Assembly: GCF_020745735.1 (NCBI RefSeq)
Contig: NC_083435.1
Span: 37,597,090-37,661,089, forward strand
Direction: 5' to 3'
Origin: Hemiscyllium ocellatum
Lineage: Eukaryota
DNA: 64,000 nt
Positions 1 to 12,077 of the stretch are shown one piece after another. Within the stretch, counting starts at the first letter, position 1, and each line of letters opens with the position of its first letter. The translations under genes and the position numbers were made by a program. The notes under the pieces were generated by a model. It made no database searches. It was not told the DNA's origin and saw nothing but the letters and a program-made list of their open reading frames with translations.

Positions 1-960
1 GAGCTGAATTTGCAATCTGACTTAATGCAATATTGTGCAGAATAAACCAGAACCATTCAGTCAACTGCAAAGCAATATCCTCCTTAGCTTTTAGCATTTC
101 CTACCCACTGTCTGAATGTGAAGTATTTTTGGAAAACAAAGGAGATAATGACATTTCTCCTCTTGAGTGAATAATTCTCCTGAGTTTTGTTTTATATTAA
201 ACACCTGCTCTAATAATATAGCTGATCTTCACAGAATGATAGCCTGTTTCACACTGTATCCAACAGTTTGTTCCTTTGTCCTCAGGGAATATTGGGGGCT
301 GGAGAGAGCAAAGAAAGTGTCCACATAGTGACCAGGATCAGACAATCCGGTGTCCCTGCTGAAAAACAAAGGTGTGTGATGGTTAAGTGAGGAAAAGGAA
401 GGAGTTGTATTTAATCCCCCCTAGAGAGGGGAATATCAGACTGGCTCGCACTGCTTTACATTTTTTAAACTAAGGAGTTAGCCCCTTCAACAGCGGAGAA
501 GGCGTTGAAAGAAATCAAGTTTTATTTTCTTGTTTTACAGAAGGATTGCATCTTACTATACCAGAGAATACAGAGAGCATAGACACCACAGACAGATCCA
601 AGAAACAACTGCATAACTATGAGAAAACATCGAGTTCTTTGCAGCAATTCTCAACAGAGAAGGTTGGACAGTGAAACTGTCATATGGAAATTGATTAAGT
701 TAAGGGAGTTTAAACACATCAGGCTTGTGGCCTGATATCAGAACCACCCTTGCCGAATGTTTACCTTGGGTAATCAGTCAGGGTGAGGCTGGCAAGAAGT
801 GAGTGGGCTCCAAGTACAGTGAGAGACTCAATCATTTGTTGAGTCTCATGAACCACTAACTCAGTGACGAAATGAAAGGGTGCTCAAGAGTGAGGTATGT
901 CAGAAGAGCTCCACACACAAAGTGCATCGGTTACATAGCTGCTAACATAAGGATAGCCAC

Positions 961-1975
961 ATGGAAAAGAAACATTTCAAGCAAGAGGTATGTGACCAAG
1001 ACTTCACATAGCCATCAACACTCATGAATTGTCGAAACACTGATGATAGGAAGAAGTCATTCATTTGTGAGGTCTGGAAGAAGACTTTTCCCCAGGTCCT
1101 GTGATCTCTTCAAACAGAGGAACCATTCAAGTGTGAGGTGTGCGACCAGGCCTTCACACTATCATTGACACTTGTGAATCATTGACGCATTCACACTGGA
1201 GAGAAGCCATTCAAGTGTGAGGTGTGTAGCGAGGGTTTTGCACAAGCATCAACCCTATTGTATCATAGATGTATTCACACAGGGGAGAAGCCATTCACAT
1301 GTGAGGTGTGCAACAAATCATTCTCGCACTCATCTTCCTTCCGAAAACACCAATGCATTCACACAGGGGAGAGGCCATTTAAGTGTGGAGTGTGTGACAA
1401 AGCCATTACCAGCTCAACATCATTCCTGATGCACCAGAGGAACCACACAGCAGAAAAACCCTTCAAGTGTGAGGAATGTGACATGGCTTTCATACAATCC
1501 TCTGATCTCCTGAGACACCAGAGGGTCCACACTGGGGAGAAACCCTTCAAGCGTGAGATGTGTGATAAAGCTTTCAGCAACACTTGTGAGACACCGAAGC
1601 ATGCACACTGAGGAGAAACCATTCATATGTGAGGTTCGTGAGATGGCTTTCACTCAATCTGCTGAACTCCTGATACACCAGAGGGTTCACAGTGGGCAAA
1701 AACCCTTCAAGTGTGATCTTTGTGACCAAGCTTTCACATGATCAGCAACACTTGTGAATCACCGACGCATTCACACTGGCGAGAGGCCATTTAGATGTGA
1801 AGTCTACAACCAAATCTTTGGATGGTCATCAACACTTGTGAATCACTGAAGTGTTCACACTGGGGAAAAGATTTTTGTCTGTGAGGTGTGTAATGCGGGT
1901 TTTACACAATCATTGGCACTGGTGAATCATCATCACAGTCACATAGGGGAAACTATTCCCATGTGAGGTGAGTTC
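961..1975 (+). pseudogene. C2H2 zinc-finger pseudogene (about a dozen degraded fingers)
   Basis: Tandem HTGEKPFxCxxC...H..H repeats (ORFs 1222-1611, 1553-1741) broken by in-frame stops (~1185, ~1741, ~1847) and a frameshift near 1580. The ATG context gccacATGgaaaagaaac matches gccacATGgaagagaaac of the intact paralogue at 33544. Confidence 0.9.
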
Positions 1976-2018
1976 TCTGAGCCATCAGTCCCTTTGTGTA
2001 CATGGACACATTTACACA

Positions 2019-2980
2019 AGTTCGTCACCATACCAGATAACATCATCAGTGAAAGTCTCTGGTGAAGTGTTAGTGGTATGTCCTGCGCTCTATTTATAGG
2101 TCTTGGTTTCTTAAGGTGGGTGATGTCATTTCCAGTTCTTTTTTCCCAAGGGAAGGTAGATCAATTTAGATTCTATGTGTTTATTGAAGAAGTTCTGGTT
2201 AGAATTCTCTTGCATGTAGTTGTTTCTTGGATGCGTGTGTTGTCCCAGTCAAAGTGGTGTCCTTCTTTGTTTGTATGTATGGAAACTAGTGATAGTGGGT
2301 TGTGTCTTTTGGTAGCAAGCTTCCTGTATGTTTGTCTGATGTAATTTTTTTTTCTTTTTTTACAGTTCTTGCATGTATCTTGTAAATGATGTTAGATTTG
2401 CTGGTAACATCTAATGGATGCTTTAGTTTCATTACTCGCTGTTTAAGTGTGCTGGTAGGTTGTGGGCTTCCATGATCCCAAGGAGTCTGAGTAGTCTGGA
2501 AATCAGGATACACTAACACCAACTAGCCAGCAAAAGACACTACCTACTATCACTAGTTTCCATACATACAGACAAAGAAGGACACCACTTTGACTGGGAC
2601 AACACACGCATCCAAGAAACAACTACATGCAAGAGAATTCTAACCAGAACTTCTTCAACATATCCTTGGACAGGCAAAAGAAATTCACGCACGAGAATTC
2701 TTAGAGGCATGGCATACTAAGTCGAACTCCATCAATAAACAAATCGATTTAGATAATATCTACCTTCCCTTGAAAAAAAGAAACAGAAATGACCACCCAT
2801 CTTAAGAAACCAAAACCTATAAATAGATAGGCGGGACATATCACCAATGCTTCACTGGAAACTCTCACTGATGATGTTACCTTGTATGGTAACAAAACGT
2901 CTGAAAACAAACCTTCCAGCTCATCGAGCTAACTTACATACTTATCAACCTGAGCTACAAATCTTCTCAAAAATTGATAA
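2019..2980. mobile_element. Penelope-like element (Poseidon-type), inverted arrangement
   Basis: A minus-strand segment (~2019-2497) abuts a plus-strand segment (~2500-2980). Both carry the GIY-YIG C-terminal remnant (..AREFLEAWH..SINK.IDLD) and a terminal CTGATGA hammerhead-like motif. Same family as 20750-22195. Confidence 0.8.
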
Positions 2981-4152
2981 CATAGTGTAATATTCCATCA
3001 TTGTTTCCACATGTCTTAGGAAGGTTAATGGAATGTTGGTGCATATTTCAAGAGGTTCTGAAAGATCACTGGACCGGAAACACTAACTCTGACTTCTCTC
3101 TGCAGATGCTGCCAGACCTGCTGAGCTTTTCCAGCAATTTCTGTTTTTATTTCTTATTTCAAGGGGGTTGGAGTGTCCAAATAGAAAGTCTTACTAGAAC
3201 ATACAAGGTGCTAGTGACACCACTTCTGGAGTGCGTGATTAATTTTGGTTCCCTTATTTAGGAAAAGATAAATGTCATCGGAGGCAGTTCAGAGAAGAGA
3301 ATAATCTCCAGTATGAACAGACTGTCGTATGAGCAGAGATTAAAACAGTGTTACAACACGGGGAAAACCCTTCTGCTAACTTAAACCACACACAGAAAAG
3401 CTCACCTGACCCCATAATCTGTCAAAGTATGAGTGACAAACACCTTAGTCCATCAGGAAGTGGTCAGCACGTAGTGTCCTTGAGACCCTTCGGGAAAAGG
3501 AGAGGGCGGATCCTGTTGAGCACTTCCCTGAGCAGACCGTCAAAGCCATTTGGCAGAATGCCTCATCGCCAGAACTTTCCAACAAGCACCAAGACATGGC
3601 TTGGCTGGTGGTAAGGGCTCTGCCTGTGAGATCCTTCATGCACGCCCGGACTCTCAGCCGCACCGCACGCTGCCCTCGAAGCGGCTGCGGGGGGGGAAGA
3701 GACTGTCACACACCTCCTTCTGGAATGTGCCTACGCAGAAGTAGTTTGGAGAGGAATACAGTGGTGTTTGTCAAGGTTTGCCCCGAGCAGCACCGTGACG
3801 CGGGACTCCGTGCTCTACGGCCTGTTCCCCGGGACGCACACCGAGACGAACTTCAACTGTGCCTGGAGGATCATCAACTCGGTGAAGGACGCTCTTTGGG
3901 CGGTCCGAAACCTGTTGATCTTCCAGCTGAAGGAGTTGACCCCGACTGAGTGTTGCAGACTGGCACATTCCAAGGTCCAGGACTACGTGTTGAGGGATGC
4001 GCTGAAGCTTGGGGCAACTGCCGCCAAGGCGCGGTGGGGAAAGACCACAGTGTAACATCTGCCTGCCTAAAGAAGAACAGGGGGCCCATGCAGTCATTTG
4101 GGCTCTGCTGACGCCTCAGCTAAAATATGTAATTGTACACTCCAGTAAATAG

Positions 4153-4661
4153 CTGAAAATGTGTTGCTGGTTAAAGCACAGCAGGTTAGGCAGCATCCCT
4201 GCTGTGCTTTAACCAGCAACACATTTTCAGCTCTGATCTCCAGCATCTGCAGACCTCACTTTTTACTCGAAGATTTTAACCTACTGCGAATCCTCTTGCA
4301 AGGATGCCTTCCTTGAAGAAGCTCTCTTCCTCCCTCTACAAGGATTTCAGTGAGTCTCTCTCTCACTGCACCCCCCAGGTCATCTCCTCTGCACAGAAGC
4401 TACCTCTCCGCCCCCACCCCACTCCGGCCTATCACCCTCACCTTGACCTCCTTCCACCTATCACATCTCCATCGCCCCTCCCCCAAGTCCCTCCTCCCTA
4501 CCTTTTATCTTAGCCTGCCTGGCACACTCTCCTCATTCCTGATGAAGGGCTCTGGCCCGAAACGTCGAATTTCCTGTTCCTTGGATGCTGCCTAACCTGC
4601 TGTGCTTTAACCAGCAACACATTTTCAGCTCTGATCTCCAGCATCTGCAGACCTCACTTTT
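4153..4661 (+). mobile_element. Penelope-like element (Neptune-type) terminal repeats with small fold-back
   Basis: 35-bp inverted arms 4151-4185/4198-4232, followed by direct terminal repeats. Flanked by cactccagtaaatag (4138-4152) and cactcctgtaaatag (4662-4676), a 15-bp TSD with one mismatch. Nearly identical to 43975-44237. Confidence 0.85.
4535..4570 (+). ncRNA. Minimal type-I hammerhead ribozyme motif, intact core
   Basis: ATTC-CTGATGA-A-GGGC(TCTG)GCCC-GAAA-CGTC^GAAT. Stem I ATTC/GAAT, 4-bp stem II, palindromic ACGT stem III; predicted cleavage after C4566. Confidence 0.75.
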
Positions 4662-4796
4662 CACTCCTGTAAATAGGAATGATTACTCTGTTTCGGTATG
4701 CAAAGAAATGGAATGTTTACATATGTATAGCATGTCCACTTGTATACATCATCAAAGTATTTTATGAATAAAGTATATTTTTGAAATTAAAAAAAA

Positions 4797-6830
4797 CTCA
4801 GGGTACATCTTGAACAGAGGGACTCTAGGTCAGCCAACAGTAAAATCCCAAAACAAAGTCAATCCTCAGCCAAACATAATTTTGAGGATCTGGGCTGGCA
4901 GGCAATTGTAGTTACTGACAATATGCGGTCTCAAGACAGCAAGAAATTCCTACTAGGCCTGAATTGAATAAGAAAATTCGTAGGCCGGTATCCTGGAGAG
5001 TGCACACTCTGGAAAATCCATCTAAACTGGCTTGGATCAATGTTGACTTACATTGCTCAGCAGCATCCAAATCAGAACCAATCAAAATAAACGTCTGGTT
5101 AAATGATCACCAAGTTCTAATAGAGGTCAATACCGCTCAGTTGTATCGATGATTGTGGAGCCAGCCTTTACCAAAATTGACTCTGTATTCCAAACCTTAA
5201 GTTTACGTAAGACCTCAGCCAGGCTTAGAACCTGTACCAGAGAACCCCTCCAGATTAAGGATACAACTCCAGTCCTGGTCACTTATAAGAAGCATCTAGT
5301 TTAGTTATCATTGACTGTATTAAAAGGCTTGGGCCCGAGCTTGATGGGGTAAAATTGGCTGAGAAAGATTCAATTTCATTGGCTGAACATTTTCAATTAG
5401 AAAATGGCAACTGAGTGAAGTCCTAATGAAATACCCAGACGTTTTTCAGGAAGGTCTAAGGGTCAAGGCTACCTTATATGTTGCCCAAGAAACACTTTCA
5501 CGATTCTGCAAGGCCCACCCAGTGCCATTTGCCTTGTGTACAAAAGTAGGAGCAGAAATCAGGAGGCTGGAAAGCAAAGGATTCATTAAACCAGTATGAT
5601 TTGCAGAATAGCAGCACCAGTTGTATTGATTGTGAAGCCCAACAAGTCGGTTCTCCTCTGTGGGGATTTCAAACGGTAAACTGCTTTTTGCAGCTGCATA
5701 CATACACGATCCCTCACATAAAGGACTTGCACGCAAAACTAGCAGGGGGAGTAGGCGTGTCCTTCATGAAGCTGGACATGAGTCACACCTACCTGCAATT
5801 GCAATTAGACGAGGACTCCCAGAAGTCTGTTATAATTAATACCCATAAGGGTTTGTACCAATATACAACACTGCCTTTTGGAATATCGTCAGCCTAAGCT
5901 CTTTTCCAGCTGGTGAGTGTCAACAGCTTACAAGATCAACTCCAGGTCGCAACTTATCTTAATGACATGCTTGGGCAAGAGGACAGTGCCGTGCCACACA
6001 TAGCTTCAGGTTGAATTCAGCAGTGGGCTCTTCTTTGGAGACCATACAATTAAAAGTTGGAACACTGTCAGGGAGGCCAAGTGACAGAGGTGGATGCATT
6101 AAGCTGCCTCCCACTGGTGGATACCTTTAGAATAGGTAGCACCTCCTCTAGAATAGTCTATTCTTGTTTTAAACTTTCAGGCCACTGCTGACAATATCAA
6201 ACTGTGGAAACAAAAAGATCCTGGCAAAACTAAAACAACTGGTGATGATAGAGGAGACAAAAGGGCCATCACCTGTTTGGACCTGGCATGACCAGATCAG
6301 TATAGAGGATGACATATTATCATGGGGAGCAAGAGTGATTCTCCCAAGCAAAGGTAGCCATCAGATACCTTCTGAACTCCATCAGGGTCATCCAGGAGTT
6401 TCTAAAATTTTATCGAGAAGATATATCTGCTGACCATGATTGAATGCCAACATAGTCATGTTGATAGGGCAGTGCCCAGAGTGCCTACAAAGACAGAAAT
6501 AACCATCAGCAGCTCTCCCACATTTGTGGGACTGTTTGGGTAATATCTAGACTCAGTTACATGTCGACTATACCATTCCTTTCATGGGGTCTATGTTTTT
6601 AATCTTTGTGGATGCCCATTCAAAGTGGTACAACATTCATAGAATCATTCACCAAATACGAGAACAATGATTGAAAAGTTGCAAGCATCTTTTACTATAC
6701 ACGGACTCCCAGAAGTATTTGGTGACAGACAATGGGCCATCATTTATCAGCAGGGAATTCAAGTATTTCTTACAGTGAAATGTCACTCGGCATCTAAGGA
6801 CAGCTCCATATCATCCTTGTTCTCAAGTGC
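4797..6830 (+). mobile_element. Degraded Gypsy LTR-retrotransposon pol
   Basis: Protease remnant (EPIKINVWLNDHQVLIEVNT), RT (KLDMSHTYLQLQLDEDSQK..INTHKGLYQYTTLPFGISSA), integrase HHCC start (ELHQGHPGVSK) and core remnants (VDAHSKW, TDNGP, TAPYHP). Many stops and deletions. Confidence 0.85.
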
Positions 6831-6844
6831 ACGTCGTCACAAAT

Positions 6845-7170
6845 GATATAGGAGGAGACAAGGATGAGGTCCTGCTCAATGATCTAGAAAAAAAAAGTTA
6901 AAAACCAGGACTTTGTTGTGATAATCTCCGGATTACCTCCAGTGTCACGTACTAGCGAGGGTAAGAACAGGAGGATATGGCAGATGATTGCGACGCTAAA
7001 GAATTGGTGCAGACAGGGCAGAAGTGACCTGTTCAAGAGGAATAGGTTGCAACTGGACTGGAGAGGCACCAATATCTTCATGGCAAGGTTTGTTAATGCT
7101 ACAAGGGAGGGTTTAAACTAGATTGGCGGGGAGTGGGGGCGGTGGGGAGGAGGGGGAACAGGTCAGGCTG
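6845..7170 (+). mobile_element. CR1 ORF1 (esterase-like) fragment
   Basis: ORF 6918-7121 VIISGLPPV..NWCRQ..LFKRNRLQLDWRGTNI..REGLN*, typical of the CR1 ORF1 C-terminus. Confidence 0.7.
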
Positions 7171-7309
7171 GAAAAGGACAGGGAGCAAAGAATGCCTGTT
7201 AGATTAAATAGCAATTTATTATAGCCATCACAAAAACATGGCTAAGGGATGGACAAAACTGATAGCTTCATTTTTGATTAAAGTGAATATCACAGCAGTA
7301 GTCAGAGTT

Positions 7310-8890
7310 ATAGAGTCTTAGAGGTGTACAGCATGGAAACAGACCCTTCGGTCCAACCCGTCCATGCCAACCAAATGTCCCAACCCAATCGAGTCCCACC
7401 TGCCAGCACCCAGCCCATATCCCTCCAAATCCTTCCTTTTCATATACCCATCCAAATGCCTCTTAAAATGTTGCAATCGTACTAGCCTCCACCGCTTCCT
7501 CCGGCAGCTCATTCTACACACGTACCACCCTATGTGAGAAAACGTTGCCCCTTAGATATCTTTTATATCTTTCCCCTCTCACCCTAAACCTATGCCCTCT
7601 AGTTCTGGACTCCCCAATCTCAGAGAAAAGACTTTGTCTATTTATCCTATCCATGCTCCTCATGATTTTGTAAACCTCTATAAGGTCACCCCTCAACCTC
7701 TGACGCTCCAGGAAAAACAGCCCCAGCCTGTTCAGTCTCTCCCTATAGCTCAAATCCTCCAAGCCTGGCAACATCCTTGTAAATCTTTTCTGAACCCTTT
7801 CAAGTTTCACAACATCTTTCCCATAGGAAGGAGACAAGAATTATATGCAATATTCCAACAATGGCCTAACCAATGTCCTGCAACATGACCTCCCAACTCC
7901 TGTACTCAATACTCTGACCAATAAAAGAGAGCATGCCAAACACCTTCTTCACTATCGTATCTACCTGCGACTCCACTTTCAAGGAACTATGAACCTGCAC
8001 TCCAAGGTCTCTTTGTTCAGCAACCCTCCCTAGGATCTTACCAGTAAATGTATAAATCCTAAGATTTGCTTTCCCAAAATGTTGCATCTCACATTTATCT
8101 GAATTAAACTCCACCTACCACTTCTCTGCCCATGGGCCCATCTGGTAAAGATCCTGTTGTAATCTGAGGTAACCTTCTTCACTGTCCACGACACCTCCAA
8201 TTTTGGTGTCATCTGCAAACTTACTAACTGTACCTCTTATGCTCACATCCAAATCATTTATGTAAAGAAAAAAACGTAGAGGACCCAACACCGATCCTTG
8301 TAGCACTCCACTGGTCACAGGCTTCCAGTCTGAAAAACAAGCCTCCACCACACCCTCCGTCTTCTACCTTTGAGCCAGTTGTGTATCCAAATGGCTAGTT
8401 CTCCCTGTATTCCGTGAGATCTAACCTTGCTAACCAGTCTCCCATAGGGAACCTTGTCGAAAGCCTTACTGAAGTCCATATAGATCACATCTACCACTCT
8501 GCCCTCATCAATCCTCTTTGCTGCTTCTTCAAAAAACTCAATCAAGTTTATGAGACATTATTTCCCACGCACAAAGTCACATTGACTATCCTTAATCAGT
8601 CCTTGTCTTTCCAAATACATGTACATCCTGTCCCTCAGGATTCCCTCCAACAACTTGCCCACGACCGACGTCAGGCTCACCTGCCTATAGTTCCCTGGCT
8701 TGTCCTTACCAACCTTCTTAAAACAGTGGCACCACGTTAGCCAACCTCCAGTCTTCCGGCCCCTCACCTGTGACTATCGATGATACAAATATCTCAACAA
8801 GAGGCCTAGCAATCACTTCTCCAGCTTCCCACAGAATTCTAGGGTACATCTGATCAGGTCCTGGGGATTTATCCACCTTTATGCATTTCC
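7310..8890 (-). mobile_element. CR1 LINE, 3' ~1.6 kb of ORF2 plus 3'UTR
   Basis: Minus-strand ORFs with KPGNYRQVSLTSVVGK, VIYMDFSKAFDKVP, GVLQGSVLGP, KFADDTK and LERVQKRFTRM, frameshifted. Confidence 0.92.
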
Positions 8891-9589
8891 ATACTGAAGG
8901 ATCATCCAGTGATGTTTTGTGAGTGGAGATAAGAAATACAAAGGGGATGGTGATGTTATTGGGGTCACACTATAGGCTCCCAAATAGTCAATGGGAATTA
9001 GAGGAGAATTTTGTGCGTTGTGGTGATTCTAACCCAACTGCAGATGGATTATCTCATAAACATGAATTAAAGTTGTTGCTGGGGTCACATGCATAATTCC
9101 TCAGGCTCTGGGGTGCCTGTAGAACCTGCTCTCTCCAACCTTTTATTGGGCATGCATTTGTAAGATGAGTGAAGAAATTATCTTGTAGATCTTCACACAC
9201 TGAATTGATCATGAAGCCAATGAAGCGAAAAAGCGATGCAGAATCTCCATGTGTTAATAATGTAATCCAAAGTCTGGCTATCCAAAAACCAGATCTGTCA
9301 GAAAACTGAACATTTTTGATATTTTGATAAATTGGAGAAGGCTCATCCCTGTTTTGTAGGTGTCCAACAGAAAGGGCAGTGCGGACACATTCAGAGACAG
9401 ACATCCGGAGCAAATTATCGCAAATGCTGGAATGTGTACTGAAAACAATAAATGTTGGAGATCACAGTGGGTCAGACGGCATTTATGAAGTACAGCCATT
9501 GTTGAACTGGGTGGACAAAGTTAAAAATCACAATACCAGGTTATAGTCCAACAGATTTATTTGGAAGCACTGGCACTAACAGTATTCAT

Positions 9590-10630
9590 GAAGAGACAGC
9601 AAGCTAATATTTCAAGTCTAGATGACTCTTCATCAGAGGTAAAGCAAAGTCTGGAGGGGGCAGATTTATGCTAAAGTTGGAGACATGTGTGGGTTGATGG
9701 GGTATGGAGTGCTGGTAGAGAAAAGATGTTGATAGTTCAGATTAAGTGATCAGAATGTGAGAACGGCAGAACAACAGTGTGACTAACTGTCAGACAGTCG
9801 CACTGGGGTGTGGGGAGGGGAGAGAAGTCATGATGACAGAGAATGCAAGAAGTAAACCTTAAAGGAAGAAATGCAGAGGACAGACAACTGGGCATACAAG
9901 CAGGACACTATACTAAAATGACTAAAATGGCTGTGGGTAGGTCAGGGTCATGCATCTGGTTTGTCCAATATAGAACTACATATTGTATTCGCTGCATTGT
10001 GTGCAGTGAATACAATAAACAAGATTTGAGCAAGTACAGGTGAAATGCTGCTTCAGCTGGAAATACTGTTCAGAACTTTGGATGGTGAGCAGCAAGGAAG
10101 TGAAGGGGCAGGTGCTGCACCTTCTGCGGTTGCATGGAAAGGTACCGTGGAAGGGTGGCAGGGATGCTGTCCTGTAGGGAAAGATCTGTGAAATGCAGAC
10201 ATGCGGAATGAGGGAATGATGTGTTTGAAGGTGGTGTTCAACTGGAGTTGTCTGAAATGGCAGAGAATTATCCTTTGAATGCAGAGGCTGGTGGGACGAA
10301 AAGTGAGGACAATAGGGGCCCCAATCACACTGCTGAGAGTGATGGAAAGGGGCAAGAGCAGAAGCATGGATGACGGGATTGAGGGTTCTGTCAACCACAG
10401 AGAGTAGGAAACCAAGATTATGGAAGAAGCAAACCAGGTCATTTGAACAGATTCGACGAGTGCAAAGGAACTGGGAGAATAGGTTGAGGGATGTGTGGAG
10501 TGAAGTGCTGTAGTGAAAGTAGCTATGGGAGTCAGTAACTTTGAAATAGATGGCAATGGACAGGGTATTCCCCAAAATAGAGACAGAAGGGTTAAGGAAA
10601 TGAAAGGAGGTGCTGGAAACATGAAAATTT
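9590..10630 (-). mobile_element. Degraded Penelope-like element (Neptune-type)
   Basis: ORF 9976-10638(-) contains CNRRRCSTC..FTCTCSNLVYCIHCTQC (CCHH/GIY-YIG region). Degenerate hammerhead motif at ~9605-9640(-). Confidence 0.75.
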
Positions 10631-10637
10631 ATGTTCA

Positions 10638-10768
10638 TTTAAGCGGGCATTGGATAGGCATTTGGAAGTTATTGGGCTAGTATAGGTTAGGTAGGACTCG
10701 GTCGGCGCAACATCGAGGGCCGAAGGGCCTGTACTGCGCTGTATCCTTCTATGTTCTATGTTCTATGT
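10638..10768 (+). mobile_element. CR1 3' tail fragment with (TTCTATG)n end
   Basis: ggccgaagggcctgtactgcgctgta followed by tandem ttctatg; same tail as the element at 63105-64000(-). Confidence 0.75.
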
Positions 10769-10769
10769 A

Positions 10770-10980
10770 ATGTGAAAGTCATACAGGGAGTACAGTAGGG
10801 AGCTGAGGACACATCCCTTGGGGAGCTCCAGTGTGAAGGAGCTGCAGTTAACTATTTCCATTGATTGCAGTCTATGGATCAGAAAGCTTAGGATCCATTT
10901 GCAGAGGGTGGAGCCAAGACCAAGATCACGGAGCTTTGAGATCAGTCTGGAGGGGATAATGGTGTTGAAGACAGTACATT
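10770..10980 (-). mobile_element. Rex1/Babar-type non-LTR RT fragment
   Basis: FNTIIPSRLISKLRDLGLG.TLCKWILSFL..PKGCVLSSLLYSLY. Confidence 0.7.
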
Positions 10981-11270
10981 CTCCCAATCTTCCCTTTCTT
11001 TTAGCTTTACCTCTTACATTCTGTCACCATTGTTATGGACCAGACTAGACCATACCCCTACAAAATATTTTAAAATAATGGCCTGGACCCTAACATTTTA
11101 TTTTAAAATTTATGAGAATTGTGTCCCAGATGTGATGTAACTAGTCAAACGTTAAGCAAAACACAACATATTTAAACACTATCGTTAAAATACAAACAAA
11201 AGAAAGAGGAATTTAGAATAACTTAAGTATTGGAAAACATAACGGAATAATAGATACAATACCATTACTA

Positions 11271-11505
11271 GTAAAAAATGAGGTCTGCAGATGCTGGAGA
11301 TCACAGCTGCAAATGTGTTGCTGGTCAAAGCACAGCAGGCCAGGCAGCATCTCAGGAATAGAGAATTCGACGTTTCGAGCATAAGCCCTTCATCAGGAAT
11401 ATTATCATCATTATTCCTGATGAAGGGCTTATGCTCGAAACGTCGAATTCTCTATTCCTGAGATGCTGCCTGGCCTGCTGTGCTTTGACCAGCAACACAT
11501 TTGCA
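11271..11505. mobile_element. Fold-back Penelope terminal-repeat insertion with two opposed hammerhead motifs
   Basis: Perfect inverted arms 11308-11401/11412-11505 with a 10-nt loop. Exact 15-bp TSD acaataccattacta at 11256-11270 and 11506-11520. Confidence 0.92.
11413..11448 (+). ncRNA. Minimal hammerhead ribozyme motif, intact core (mirror copy on - strand at 11365-11400)
   Basis: ATTC-CTGATGA-A-GGGC(TTAT)GCTC-GAAA-CGTC^GAAT; stem II has one G-U pair. Confidence 0.72.
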
Positions 11506-12077
11506 ACAATACCATTACTAATTAATTTTCCAATATAGTAACATCCCATAAACACACCCCTTGGCAAAAACGGTGAATTCAGACACATATTCTTACATGC
11601 TGTTCAACATCAAAAGAGCTTTCACAGAAAGTCACAGTTAGGTAGTATTTACTGAAGCTTCAACTCTTTTGGGATCTAAATAGTTTCTCACTGATACAGC
11701 TAAAAAAATTGAAAGCCTGAAGAATTGGTCACTTCCCTTCCACAGTTACAGTTTCTTAAAAGGAAACCAAAAGGTCTTTTAACCTATTGACTTAGACTGG
11801 CACCTTTCGTCATTTTGGTACCTCTGCTTTTACAACGTTTCTTCAAAAAACTCCAGGACAAAAATAACTTGTTTAAAATGACAACATAGTCACACATTAT
11901 CCTCTCTCCACTCCCCCAAACCCAGAGGGACTGTCTGTTCTTTTCAGTCTGGCGGTAAGACACACCATATGAAATTGACCATATTGAGAATTTTAAAGAT
12001 ATCATATCAAGTTTAAGTTCAACTTTCAGAATCTTCAACACTGATTTATTAGGGCATCATGTGGAAGTTGGTACCAA

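Larger units (their letters stand above)
3440..4796 (+). mobile_element. L1/Tx1-clade non-LTR retrotransposon, 3' fragment
   Basis: Frameshifted ORF2 C-terminus with a zf-RVT-like CPRSGCGG-EETVTHLLLEC motif, ending ..AKARWGKTTV* at 4055. The 3'UTR is interrupted by a Penelope insertion and resumes to AATAAA plus an A-rich tail at ~4767-4796. Confidence 0.8.

Noticed and set aside
286-371. Possible upstream exon of the ZNF pseudogene (ctcag|G...AAG|GTGTGT)
   Set aside because: Splice signals are plausible, but I could not find a counterpart upstream of the intact paralogue or a consistent reading frame.
1217-1653. Alternative-frame and antisense ORFs over ZNF repeats (also 33806-34558)
   Set aside because: Shadow frames of the periodic zinc-finger codon pattern.
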